Shown: positions 37,277 to 51,244 of the stretch, in pieces
Layout of the letters: each line of letters opens with the position of its first letter
How positions within the stretch are numbered: position 1 is the stretch's first letter
Assembly (NCBI RefSeq): GCF_001194135.2
Contig: NC_068992.1
Location: forward strand, 10,945,300 to 11,009,299
From: Octopus bimaculoides
Lineage: Eukaryota
Reading direction: 5' to 3'
DNA length: 64,000 nt
The notes under the pieces: generated by a model
What the model saw: the letters and a program-made list of their open reading frames with translations, nothing else
Database searches by the model: none
What the model was told of the DNA's origin: nothing
Program-made: the position numbers and the translations under genes

Positions 37277-37856
37277 NNNNNNNNNNNNNNNNNNNNNNNN
37301 NNNNNNNNNNNNNNNNNNNNNNNNNNNNNNNNNNNNNNNNNNNNNNNNNNNNNNNNNNNNNNNNNNNNNNNNNNNNNNNNNNNNNNNNNNNNNNNNNNNN
37401 NNNNNNNNNNNNNNNNNNNNNNNNNNNNNNNNNNNNNNNNNNNNNNNNNNNNNNNNNNNNNNNNNNNNNNNNNNNNNNNNNNNNNNNNNNNNNNNNNNNN
37501 NNNNNNNNNNNNNNNNNNNNNNNNNNNNNNNNNNNNNNNNNNNNNNNNNNNNNNNNNNNNNNNNNNNNNNNNNNNNNNNNNNNNNNNNNNNNNNNNNNNN
37601 NNNNNNNNNNNNNNNNNNNNNNNNNNNNNNNNNNNNNNNNNNNNNNNNNNNNNNNNNNNNNNNNNNNNNNNNNNNNNNNNNNNNNNNNNNNNNNNNNNNN
37701 NNNNNNNNNNNNNNNNNNNNNNNNNNNNNNNNNNNNNNNNNNNNNNNNNNNNNNNNNNNNNNNNNNNNNNNNNNNNNNNNNNNNNNNNNNNNNNNNNNNN
37801 NNNNNNNNNNNNNNNNNNNNNNNNNNNNNNNNNNNNNNNNNNNNNNNNNNNNNNNN

Positions 37857-37891
<35 letters not shown>

Positions 37892-38696
37892 CACGCACAT
37901 ACATATGTATATATATATATATATATATATTTACATATATATATACAGACACACATATTTGTATATAGATTCTATGAATCCATATATTGTATTACAAATA
38001 TGTATACATATATATATATATATATATATGCACACATTCACATACACACATGCATATACAAGTATATATATATGCACACGCATGCACACACACACACATA
38101 CATACAAACACACACACAGACACATGCACATATATCAGAAACATGCCTTTTGTTGGATAAGCTGAACAATTTTACATACATGGATACATACATATAATTA
38201 TCTGAAGTTATTGTATGGCAGGAATAGCATGGTCTGAGAATATGCAAAACCATAATATAATGAATACAGCTACCTACTTCAACCAGATTTCACATGAAGT
38301 ATAATTCTGGAAATAATACAACGGAAGAAAAGAAACATCACAGTTTATCTAAATAACTAATAAGATTGACTAGGAAATATCCATTTTTGTAGAATATTAA
38401 ATATAATATATATAACAGAAGATTCACAAATTTTGGCATAATTTTCTTTCAGTCTTTTCTTGAAGCTTTAAATTTCAAACATGTATTACAGTGAAATTTG
38501 AATGTAAAAGATATTGTATGTGTTTGGGAGTTTGCAATATGATAAATTTAATTCATTTAGTAAACTTAGTTTAAAAATTGTAACTTCAACCTGATAAATA
38601 CATTGTGTTTGTGAATGTTTTATCTTAAGATATGTGGTTTAATTTAATACTCATAGAAATCTGAATGAATGCATATTCAAATGGATAATGAAGTTG

Positions 38697-39018
38697 ATGA
38701 TAACGATAATAACGACTATGAGGATGATGATGATGATGATGATGATGACGACGTTGATGATGACAATGATAACATTATATATTGTGATGATGATGATGAT
38801 GATGGTGGTGATGACGATGCTAACTTTATAGAAGCAGTTTAATATGCTTATTGCTCACATGTTAACAGATTCTATAGAGAATGAATGAACAGTGAATAAA
38901 TCCACAACGTCGTCATCGTCATCATTGTCATTATCGTCATCGTCGTCGTCGTCGTCGTCGTCATCATCATTATCATCAACATCATCATTTTCATCGCCGT
39001 AATCATCATTATCCTCAT
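38697..39018. repeat. Inverted (GAT)n / (ATC)n tracts
   Basis: 38697-38822 and 38905-39018; the 12-mer atgacgacgttg / caacgtcgtcat is an exact inverted match. Confidence 0.75.
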
Positions 39019-39442
39019 TTTATATTCAGCCTTATCTTCAAATTCATTTTATTATAATCTGATACTGATATAATTTCCATAATCATCCTCATTGTTGTCA
39101 GCTTTTCCTTTCTAACAATCTTATATATATATATATATATATATATATNNNNNNNNNNNNNNNNNNNNNNNNNNNNNNNNNNNNNNNNNNNNNNNNNNNN
39201 NNNNNNNNNNNNNNNNNNNNNNNNNNNNNNNNNNNNNNNNNNNNNNNNNNNNNNNNNNNNNNNNNNNNNNNNNNNNNNNNNNNNNNNNNNNNNNNNNNNN
39301 TATATATGCATATAGATATGTGTGTATGTGTGTATGTGTGTATGTGTGTGTGTGTGTGTGTTAAATGAAATAAGATAACATGGCCAAGGCAATTTGATAT
39401 TCCTAGGACATTTGTATACACTGCACACACACACACACATAC

Positions 39443-39700
39443 ACACATACGTATATGGGCATTGGCTAGAAAGTTCATAGGCTGACCAAGATACTCTCAT
39501 GGAATGTAACCAAACAATGTTTAGTTTTCAACATAGTCTCTCTTGTGGTTGGCGCACTTCTTCCATTTGTGTTGTAATGCTTGGATCACTTTGGTAAAGA
39601 AGCTGCCATCCTGTTGGTCAAAAAAGTCATCAACAGCAGATATGATGTGATCATCACTGTGATACTGGTTCCCAGTCAAGTGCTTTTCCAATTTTAGTAG
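39443..39700 (-). mobile_element. Mariner 3' end with TIR
   Basis: Minus strand KLEKHLTGNQYHSDDHIISAVDDF..QQDGSFFTKVIQALQHKWKKC..RDYVEN*, then ggtcagcctatgaactttctagcc..TA. Confidence 0.85.
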
Positions 39701-39851
39701 AATGAATTCGCCCCAGTACTTTTGTTTTTAAGCTTAGTATTTACTTTATCAATCTCTTTTGCCAAACTGCTAAGATATGGGGACATGAACACACCAACAC
39801 TGGTTATGAAATAGTGATGAGGGACAAGCAGACACAAAGACACAAACATGC

Positions 39852-39906
<55 letters not shown>

Positions 39907-40109
39907 TGAAAATATAAATATTATTAAATTAACATTAATATCCACAAGAATAAAGCACCATATAGGTAGAATTATAAATATGTAAAGCAGTTGTACACAA
40001 AGTATGATCATTGCTAATTTACAGCTGTTATTTCTAACAGTGATCGTACTTCATGTATACCTGCTTTATATATTTATATTTACATGCACACACACACACA
40101 CACACACAC

Positions 40110-40265
40110 ACGATGGGCTTCTTTCAGTTTTCATCTATCAAACCCTCTCATAAGGTTTTGGTTGGCACAAAGCTATAGTAGAAGACACTTGCCCAAGGTC
40201 ATGCAGTGGTACAGAACCTGGAACCATACGGGAGGAAGCCAGCTTCTAACCACACAACCAGCCAT
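40110..40265 (-). mobile_element. SINE family B head (a B 3' fragment lies at ~39700-39850)
   Basis: gatgggcttctttcagttt...gaagacacttgcccaaggt..cagtggtacagaacc. Confidence 0.75.
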
Positions 40266-40359
40266 GTCTGTGTCTTCATACAAGTCTTGCATAGTATGTT
40301 GTTATCATTATCACTGTAGTCATCTTCATTATCAACATCATGGACCTCATTATCATGGA

Positions 40360-40950
40360 CCACATCGTCCAATTTATCTATGCTTGCATGGCTCAGATTA
40401 AATTCAATGATGCAGATATTCCTTGACTGGAAGTTCTTCCTTTTGCCAATCCTAACTATTTTCCAATCAAGGTAAATATTCCTCAACTCTTTCACACACA
40501 ACAGCACAATGATTTGGCATATTTTCATAGAAGATTGCAAGGAACTGACACTGCTTGAGACAAAGATATTTACTATTATCATGTGATGTTAAGACTAGGA
40601 GACACGAAGACTCACACACACTCACCCACACATGCTCACACTTACATGAACACACACTCACACACACACACACACCTACGCACACACACATGCTCCCACT
40701 TACATGCACACACATACACTCATGCATACACACACTAACATACACACGAACAAATGCATACACACATACATTATAGATACAATGTGCTTCTTTCAGTTTC
40801 TGTTTACTGAATGAACTTATAAGGATTTGATTGGCTTGCAGCCATAAAAGAAAAGACTTGCCTAAGGTGCTGTGCAGTGGGACAGAACCTGAAAGTGTGC
40901 CATTGACAAGGAAACTTTTTAACTACTACAAGGCTATGCCTACATCTACA
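40360..40950 (-). mobile_element. Composite SINE: family B head + (TG)n + family C body
   Basis: 40780-40950 matches the B head; 40360-40610 matches the C body of 53958-54199. Confidence 0.6.
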
Positions 40951-41524
40951 CAAATTTCTTCAGTATGCGGCCATATCTGCACCTATGTGTGTGTATATCT
41001 GTTTGTAGGAATTAGTGTGTGTGTGTGTGTGTGTGTGATTTTTGCTAATTTGATTAGCAGGGAATTAATAGCAAATTAGTTGTGATTTGATGGAATTAAC
41101 AGTTTCTTCTAAAAGCCTCTGGGAAGAATACCTAATGGTGACAATTATATTCAATGATTTTTCTCTTCTTTACCCTAAAGCTGTTGCTGATAGTGATAGA
41201 GTATAATGGAATATGGTTGGTGCCATCTAATAGAAACATGCCACAGAAGAATCTGTGTATCATAAAATAAATGGTGTGTACAAGAATATAAAAATTTGCT
41301 TAATCCCCTTGAAAAATATAGTTTCCATTTTATTAAAAGTAAAGTTGTTATTCAGAAAATATTATTATCATAATAACAACGACGACACCACCACCACCAC
41401 CACCACCACCACCACCACCACGAATGACTACTACTACTACTACTACTACTTGTTGTAGCAGTAGCAGCAGCATTATCATCATTATTACATACAACGAATA
41501 CTGGAAGTTATACACACAATATGT

Positions 41525-41568
<44 letters not shown>

Positions 41569-41687
41569 TTCGTATGTGTATTTCGTGTGCAAGATTCTTG
41601 ATGTGGATACGTGTGTTGAAAGAAATACAATTAAACCTTGGGAGAGGCATTATGCCGGTAATAAACACACGCACTGGTTCAGTCCTT

Positions 41688-41747
41688 TATTAATTTAATT
41701 TATATAGTTTTTTGTTATAACAAAAAACTATATAAATTAAATTAATA
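41688..41747. repeat. Perfect 60-bp AT-rich palindrome abutting an N-gap
   Basis: tattaatttaatttatatagttttttgtta|taacaaaaaactatataaattaaattaata. Confidence 0.95.
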
Positions 41748-42425
41748 NNNNNNNNNNNNNNNNNNNNNNNNNNNNNNNNNNNNNNNNNNNNNNNNNNNNN
41801 NNNNNNNNNNNNNNNNNNNNNNNNNNNNNNNNNNNNNNNNNNNNNNNNNNNNNNNNNNNNNNNNNNNNNNNNNNNNNNNNNNNNNNNNNNNNNNNNNNNN
41901 NNNNNNNNNNNNNNNNNNNNNNNNNNNNNNNNNNNNNNNNNNNNNNNNNNNNNNNNNNNNNNNNNNNNNNNNNNNNNNNNNNNNNNNNNNNNNNNNNNNN
42001 NNNNNNNNNNNNNNNNNNNNNNNNNNNNNNNNNNNNNNNNNNNNNNNNNNNNNNNNNNNNNNNNNNNNNNNNNNNNNNNNNNNNNNNNNNNNNNNNNNNN
42101 NNNNNNNNNNNNNNNNNNNNNNNNNNNNNNNNNNNNNNNNNNNNNNNNNNNNNNNNNNNNNNNNNNNNNNNNNNNNNNNNNNNNNNNNNNNNNNNNNNNN
42201 NNNNNNNNNNNNNNNNNNNNNNNNNNNNNNNNNNNNNNNNNNNNNNNNNNNNNNNNNNNNNNNNNNNNNNNNNNNNNNNNNNNNNNNNNNNNNNNNNNNN
42301 NNNNNNNNNNNNNNNNNNNNTATATATATATATATAGATAGATAGATAGATAGGTAGATAGATATATACACACATATATTTATATATTCACAGATGGCTA
42401 GATATGTATACGGATGCATACAATG

Positions 42426-42457
<32 letters not shown>

Positions 42458-43689
42458 TTGCATATGTCAACATACTAAATATCTTATGAAGCTAAAGTAG
42501 AGCCTAACCATCTGTTAGAGTAAATGCCATCTAGAAATATGCTAAATTTCGAGAAAGAATGACATCTCTACTGAATAGCCAATCTAGAAACCTTAAATGA
42601 GCAGATATATATATTTTTAAATAGCATAGCATTCCAGTGGAAATGCATACATGATTTTCAGTTTGACATTTCTGTAGGAAAATGAAGCCATATTTTGAGA
42701 TTTTCTGTTATTGTGAATGTGAAGGAATAAGTTTAACTTGTAATATGCAAATGTCATCTTGTTTTACGAAACATGAATTATGCTTGCTGTTGGATGTACA
42801 ATGGAAAATTGAGGGCTGTTTGTACCATTATGGACATTGCTCCAAGTTAAATGCAGCAATGTTAGGAATGAACTCGTTAAATAAAAAGTGATTTGTCAAA
42901 GATTCACTCTAATTCCCTCTGGTAGTATTCTTCACACACACACACACACATACACACACAAACACAAACACACACAAACACAAACACACACACACACAGA
43001 CATACACACACGCATACACAAACACACGCACACATACACAGATATGGACATACACACAATACATACGCACACACACATATATACACACATATACACACAC
43101 GCGGATGCATTATTTGTTATTGTTCTTTGTGTTGCAAGTTTAATTCCTGCTACTCCCTCCATGGGTGGTAGACTTGATGCCTTTAGCAGAGTCAACTCTG
43201 TTGTAAGTATATGTGGAAATCCCTGTTTTGAAAATACTTCCATCCACCAGTCTCAGAGGCTCCATAAGGGGTTATGAGCACTGCTTTCCCTCCTGATTAA
43301 AAGATAAAGAAGAGAAAAAAGGGCTCCCCACATATGGCAGGAGCAGTATCGTCTGTGTGGTTAAGAAGTCTGCTTCACAACTGCACTGTTGCAGAGTTCA
43401 GTCCCACTGTGAAGCATTTAACTGATTATGAACTTATTGTAAACAATACCCAGATGCACTACAACTCATTGGAAAAGAGTAAAAGAGGGCAAAAAAAAAG
43501 AAAACAAAATGGCAATAAATCAAGGGAAGAAATGCTGGAATGATAACCAATGCTGCATGCACAGAACACAGAATAAAACATAAGAAGTCAACAGTAAAAG
43601 ATCTTTAAAAAGGAAAGGATGCATAGGCACCATAGGTGCATAAGCATAGATTTGGCAAATTTTGGAAAGCATGGACATTTCGAAGAATG

Positions 43690-44900
43690 CAGTGCTTTGA
43701 CAGCCAGTGTCTGTCAAGGTTTGAAAAATGCATAAATTTGTACAGCATTAAAATGCCTAGTGACACTAAAAGAACTGATGCAGAGGCTGCTACAATTATC
43801 CTGAACAGAGAGAAAATGATTGCTGAAAGGGGTTACACACCAGAGAAAGTATACAATGTGGATGAGACTGTACTTTTCTGGAAGTGCATAACTGCTAGGA
43901 CTTTTATTTCTCAAGAAGCAAAATCAACACTTGAATTTAAAGCTTCCAAATATCATCTGACATTTCTTTTAGCAGGAATTGCTGTTGGTGATATGAAATT
44001 AAAGCTGATTCTTTAGTATCACTCCAAAAATCTAAGGTTTTTCAAGGATTACACAAAGTTTAATCTATTTCTGATTTGGTATTTAAATAAGAAAGAATGG
44101 ATGATGAACATCCTTTTCAAAGAGTGGTTTACAAACACTTTTTATTCTGCAGTAGAAAGGTACGGTTCCCAGTGTAATATTTCCAAAAAAAGCATTATTT
44201 ATTTTAGACAATGCACCAAGCTACCCAACAAACTCAGGTGACCTTTCTGATAATGTGAGAGTAGAATATATCCACAAAAATACAACTTCTTTGTTCTAGC
44301 CAATTAATCAAGATGTGATTGCCAACTTCAAGGCATATCATATGAGATGAACTTGCAAAGAACTTATGAAAACAACTGACAATGAGTATAAGTGATTTTG
44401 GAAGAAATTCAACATAACAGATGCCGTAGATAATATAGATGAGTCATAAGATAAAGTGAAACCTTCAACTTTAAATAGTGCTTGGGAAAGTATATGGCCA
44501 GACTGTATCCACTTTCCTTCAGCAGAAAGTTTACATTGAATTTGGAAGGATATTGTAAAACTTGCAAAAGATGTAGGATTTGAAGGAGTCATAGAGAACA
44601 GTGTGATTGAGTTGCTAGTGTCCCAGAAAAGAAGTTTATCTAATGAGGAACTGTTACGAAAAGAATAAGCTTTTCTTTTTGTACTGTTACAAAGAAATGT
44701 CACAAAAAAACAAGCTGAGAATACAGAGGAAACAATGGAAGTTCCACCTACAAAACTTAAATTGACTACAAAAACTATTACTAAAGAGTTAACACTTATA
44801 AAGTCTGCAGATTTTTGCTGATAATGATCCTAATTGTTAATATAACATTAAAATTACAAAAGGAGGCTACATGAGCTCAATTCCTCTGTACAAAGAGATG
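43690..44900 (+). mobile_element. Tigger/pogo transposase, decayed (DDE_1 domain)
   Basis: RGYTPEKVYNVDETVLFWK..RTFISQEAK..FKASKYHLTFLLAGIAVGDMKLKLIL*YHSKN..LDNAP..DVIANFKAY..FWKKFNITDAVDNIDES..VKPSTLNSAW, TIGD1/Tigger1-like; several stops and frameshifts. Confidence 0.92.
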
Positions 44901-45378
44901 ATGTGTTATAAACAAGTGACAAAGGATAAGTCCTTCACCTCTCAATCTGATATTTGTGATAGTAAACTGTAATATTGTCCCTAATCCTCCAAGTAATGCT
45001 CGTTCCATCTCCACCCCTCATACAGTTGTCAACATCTTTGGAGCTAAGAAGGTACTCATACAGTAATATGTTTCTTATTAACTCTCCAACTTATTCCTCT
45101 TGAAATGTTTTTTGTGTTTCCATGTATCTGTACCATGGATGGTTTAGAAATAGATATTTTCATGTATGATGGTGACTGTGTTCCTTGTTCTCTGTTGTGT
45201 TCTTGTGTTTATTTTCTTTTACTTTTTTAAAATGTATGTCGGAACACAATCTCATTGGATGATATGAAAATTATTAGGAAAATTAATATCCCATTACAAA
45301 ATTTCATGTTATGGCCAGATTTTCAAGTTCCATTACATCCATAATGCAAGAGATTAATGTGTATATGTGTATGCATGT

Positions 45379-45430
<52 letters not shown>

Positions 45431-46369
45431 TTAAGTATGTATTTAATTGCTGTTTTGTACACACTATTACATACATTGAACCTTCAGCAAGTCGTTAGGT
45501 ATTTTCTTTTCATAGCAAAGAGATAATAATGTAATGCTGAATTAACTTCTATATACTTGACATTTGTCTTCAAATTCCCTTAACTTGAGGCTAATTTAAA
45601 ATGGCTATATTTAAAATAAACCATACCATAGCAACTTGTGATTGCATGTTGTACAAAAGAAACGTTATCACATTAGATTTCAAGTAGTAGTGTGTTTCGC
45701 AAAGGTAGGGGTAATATCCAATAAAGCTTCGAAGTGAGAGCTCTTTCAAGAGAAACTACATTCACTTCATTCTAAGGAAGTATGCATATCCCTGTTGACA
45801 TAACCTAAATCTATATCACTCTATTTAATTCTGAAACATGTTCTGATTAAATCTGCAAAGCTTTCAATATGGAGGAATATCTACTATAACATTGGTTGTA
45901 GTAAATAAAATTAAATCTCTCATAAATGAATTTATTCTAATGAATTCTATTTTGATGCTGCACCGTTCTAATGCTAGAAACTTGGGCAAAGATTGTAATC
46001 CATTATTTTGGAAGTAAACATTCTCTACAGATTGTATGATTTTAATATAACATTGCCATAAAATTTCCAACATTACTTTTGTGCCGACTACTTTTGCATT
46101 TATTTATTCCTTTGCTCCAAGAAATTAGAGGGGTTAAGATCCCCCAAATAGTTATACACATTTTCTCGACTAAGCTTTATTTAGTATACACACATACACA
46201 TGCACACACACATGTATGTATGTACGCATGTATGTATGTATGTATGTATATATGTATGTATGTATGCATGTATGTATATATATAGATATAGATATAGATA
46301 AAACTTACTTGGAAGAGGATACAGGGCGTTCAATCATATGATAATATAAATAATATATATATAATTCTT

Positions 46370-46751
46370 TATACTCTTTACTCTTTTACTTGTTTCAGTC
46401 ATTTGACTGCGGCCACGCTGGAGCACTGCCTTTAGTCGAGCAAATGGACCGCAGGACTTATTCTTTGGAAGCCTAGTACTTATCCTATCGGTCTCTTTTG
46501 CCGAACCGCTAAGTTATGGGGACATAAACACACCAGCATTGGTTGTCAAGTGATGTTGTGGGGACAAACACAGACACACAAACATATATAGATATCTATA
46601 TACATATATACGATGGGCTTCTTTCAGTTTCCGTCTACCAAATCCACACACAAGGCTTTGGTCGGCCTGAGGCTATAGTAAAAGACACTTGCCCAAGGTG
46701 CCACGCAGTGGGATTGAACCCAGAACCATGTGGTTGGTAAGCAAGCTACTT
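46370..46751 (-). mobile_element. SINE family B, near full length
   Basis: Reverse complement of 33806-34208. Confidence 0.9.
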
Positions 46752-46850
46752 ATATATATATATATATATATATATATACTATTTATATTATTATATGATT
46801 GAACACCACGCATCCTCTTCCAAGTAAGTTTTATCTAAGTAATTCTGATG

Positions 46851-46890
<40 letters not shown>

Positions 46891-47232
46891 AGTGTATAAA
46901 TATGTGTGTGTGTGTGTATGTGTGTGTTTGTGTGAGTCTAAATACATGTATGCATGTATAGGAGTGTCTTTTTCTTTTGACATATGTGAGAGTTGTAAAT
47001 GAATTTCACCATCATGCTAGTGAAAACATGTCCAGCCATAAGGAAATTTTATACTTTGCTTGGAAACAGGTGAGGATTGGTGACAGGAAAGGCATCCAGC
47101 TGTAGAAAATCTGTTTCAACAAATTCCATCATGACTCAAGCCAGCATGGCAATCCAAGTCTAACCCATGCCAGCATGGAAAATGGTTGTCAAAGGATGAT
47201 GAGGAATTATAAACATTACAGATAATCATCAA

Positions 47233-47278
<46 letters not shown>

Positions 47279-48002
47279 TAAGATTCTGTATCAGCAGAAC
47301 ATAATAATCCTAAAACTTCTTTTGTATTTTTTCTGTCGTAGGCAAAAAATATCTCCATTTTTGACTGAAGTCTTATTGCAATTAAGATCTCTGCACAAAA
47401 TCACCTACATTCATAATTTTACTTGGCTTTATGCAAGGGAATGGGTGAAAAAATGAAGCATTTTTCACACTTTGAACCACTGCTGCAAAAATCAGTCCAG
47501 GATATAAAATCAAGGACACATGCACTTTTTGTGAAAAATGAAGTCAGTGAGTATACAAAGATTGTGACATGATTGGTGAAAATGAATGGCAAACCTGGAT
47601 CCAACTTGAGAGAGCACTACAGAAACACTTGGCCGATCAACAGAAACAGTTCTGTCCCCAAATTTTGTCGACCTATGTTGGCATCATCATTGGCATTATC
47701 GTCATCATCGTCACCACTACCACCACCACCTCCACCACCGCTACCACTACCACCACCACCATCATCACCACCAGCAGCACCACCATCACCATCATCGTCA
47801 GCATCGATATTGTCATCATCATCATTATTATTATTTGCATAGAATGTATTTTTAATTTAGCTTTGTATTAATGATTGATCATCAAAATTTAGCAGCAGCT
47901 TCTATATAATTTTTTCAATAAATCGGCTTAAATTTCATTTCTACATTTCAATTCATCAGAATCTTTTTGGCTGTCTAAAATTAGTCAGCTTCTCCCTGTG
48001 TT

Positions 48003-48061
<59 letters not shown>

Positions 48062-49964
48062 NNNNNNNNNNNNNNNNNNNNNNNNNNNNNNNNNNNNNNN
48101 NNNNNNNNNNNNNNNNNNNNNNNNNNNNNNNNNNNNNNNNNNNNNNNNNNNNNNNNNNNNNNNNNNNNNNNNNNNNNNNNNNNNNNNNNNNNNNNNNNNN
48201 NNNNNNNNNNNNNNNNNNNNNNNNNNNNNNNNNNNNNNNNNNNNNNNNNNNNNNNNNNNNNNNNNNNNNNNNNNNNNNNNNNNNNNNNNNNNNNNNNNNN
48301 NNNNNNNNNNNNNNNNNNNNNNNNNNNNNNNNNNNNNNNNNNNNNNNNNNNNNNNNNNNNNNNNNNNNNNNNNNNNNNNNNNNNNNNNNNNNNNNNNNNN
48401 NNNNNNNNNNNNNNNNNNNNNNNNNNNNNNNNNNNNNNNNNNNNNNNNNNNNNNNNNNNNNNNNNNNNNNNNNNNNNNNNNNNNNNNNNNNNNNNNNNNN
48501 NNNNNNNNNNNNNNNNNNNNNNNNNNNNNNNNNNNNNNNNNNNNNNNNNNNNNNNNNNNNNNNNNNNNNNNNNNNNNNNNNNNNNNNNNNNNNNNNNNNN
48601 NNNNNNNNNNNNNNNNNNNNNNNNNNNNNNNNNNNNNNNNNNNNNNNNNNNNNNNNNNNNNNNNNNNNNNNNNNNNNNNNNNNNNNNNNNNNNNNNNNNN
48701 NNNNNNNNNNNNNNNNNNNNNNNNNNNNNNNNNNNNNNNNNNNNNNNNNNNNNNNNNNNNNNNNNNNNNNNNNNNNNNNNNNNNNNNNNNNNNNNNNNNN
48801 NNNNNNNNNNNNNNNNNNNNNNNNNNNNNNNNNNNNNNNNNNNNNNNNNNNNNTATATATATATATATATATATATATGATATATGTAATATTTATATAT
48901 CTAAGCTCGTATATGTGTATATGCATCATAGGTTTATATATTTTCTATGCTGTGTCTATGTGTGCGTATGTATAAATGATGTTACAGAATATATATATAT
49001 ATATATATATATCTATATATATATATATGTATACATTTAAATATATATATACATACAGATTTATGTATATATACATACACACACACACATAAATATATAT
49101 ATATATGCATACAAATATATATATATATGTATCACTGGACTTGTGTATATATGCATTACCCGTGGCTTAATTGTTTGAAAGCATACACATGTTGTGCGTA
49201 AGTATATATGTTTTGCAGATGTAAAGACTTACATTTTGTACGTATACAGAGGCTCTCCCCAAAGCAAGTAATAGTCAAACAAGTTTTACATTTTAAAATC
49301 TGACAGATTTATGGTATCATCATCGTCGTTGTTGTCATCATTGTTGTCGTCATCGTTGTTGTCATCATTGTTGTCGTCATCGTCATCGTCATCATCGTGG
49401 TCGTCATCGTTGCCCTCGTCGTCATCAACATATCTAATGTACATAAATATACGCATTTATGTATATTAGATAGATATTACAAGCCTCTTGCACTCTTCCG
49501 TCTTTGGATTTCTACTCATTCAAAAATGTTCTCAGTTAATTTATTCATGTGTGCGTGTGAACATAAATATATATATATGTGTGTGTGTGTGTGTATGCAC
49601 TTGTGTGTGTGTGTGTGTGTGTGTGTACCTTTTAAGAGCTTTTCAGAACTATAGTTGTTACTTAAGTTTCATGTTTTACCTGTTGCATACCTATCTCTAG
49701 CATTAGTAATATATGCTGAAAAATTCATGTATGTTGATACATATATAAATACAATTCAAGTATGTGTGTGTGTGTGTGTGTGTGCTCTTAATTAGTATGT
49801 GCAGCAAATAAGTAAGTGGAAGAAAAATACTAGTTTTAATTACCTTTATCTTATTACAATATAAGATACAATTCCTTTGAGTTGTTATTGTACAATGACA
49901 AGTTGCAGTTCTGTTACCCATTTGGTAGGTGGTTGAGATCATTTTTTATTGACTGCTAGGAGAC

Positions 49965-50122
49965 TGGATTGAGCACTGCCTTTAGTCGAGCAAATCGACC
50001 CCAGGACTTATTCTTTGTAAGCCTAGTACTTATTCTATTGGTATCTTTTGCTGAAAAGCTAAGTTACGTGGACGCAAACACACCAAGTGATGCTGGGGGG
50101 ACAAACAGACACACAAACATAT

Positions 50123-50166
<44 letters not shown>
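49965..50166 (-). mobile_element. SINE family B 3' half, truncated by a gap
   Basis: gagcactgcctttagtcgagcaaatcgaccccaggacttattctttgtaagcctagtact. Confidence 0.85.
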
Positions 50167-51155
50167 NNNNNNNNNNNNNNNNNNNNNNNNNNNNNNNNNN
50201 NNNNNNNNNNNNNNNNNNNNNNNNNNNNNNNNNNNNNNNNNNNNNNNNNNNNNNNNNNNNNNNNNNNNNNNNNNNNNNNNNNNNNNNNNNNNNNNNNNNN
50301 NNNNNNNNNNNNNNNNNNNNNNNNNNNNNNNNNNNNNNNNNNNNNNNNNNNNNNNNNNNNNNNNNNNNNNNNNNNNNNNNNNNNNNNNNNNNNNNNNNNN
50401 NNNNNNNNNNNNNNNNNNNNNNNNNNNNNNNNNNNNNNNNNNNNNNNNNNNNNNNNNNNNNNNNNNNNNNNNNNNNNNNNNNNNNNNNNNNNNNNNNNNN
50501 NNNNNNNNNNNNNNNNNNNNNNNNNNNNNNNNNNNNNNNNNNNNNNNNNNNNNNNNNNNNNNNNNNNNNNNNNNNNNNNNNNNNNNNNNNNNNNNNNNNN
50601 NNNNNNNNNNNNNNNNNNNATATATATGTATGTATTTATATATAGATGTATATATATTCAAATTTTGGCTAACATTTGAAGTCGATGTCAGTCTCAGAAT
50701 AGATAGATTAATAAAAATAGAAATTAAATACAACCTCTGAAATAAAACCACTTATAAAACTATCAATGCGTATTTTATCCATTTTATTTGAATGTAAATA
50801 TTTCTGTAAGGAATAACTTTTGAAACAAGGTATAATTCCACTGCAATTATACTTCAAACTCATTTTATCTGGAAACATTTTCAATTTAATTTCAGGTCTT
50901 TCTTTAATTTTCTCTGTTTTGATAGTTTAAGGCAAAAGTGAAATGAAAGAAATAAAATCAGCTGTTCAATGATGAAAACATCTTCTTATGTTTTCTTCAA
51001 CAAATTTTACAAATTTGATGTTTATCTTATCAAGCTATCCTTCTATATTTGTCCATCTCTATATATTTCCCTGTCTCTATCTATCTTCATTTTTAACTTT
51101 TCTGTCTCTGTTTAACTATCTGTCTATATGTGTGTCTCTCTCTATCTTTCCATGC

Positions 51156-51204
<49 letters not shown>

Positions 51205-51244
51205 CAACATCTGTCTTTTGGATTCTGGTTCAAAGTGATAGACC

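Noticed and set aside
47440-47680. Coding-like frames before a (CAT)n tract
   Set aside because: In-frame stop, no splice sites and no family motif; the ORF length comes from the microsatellite
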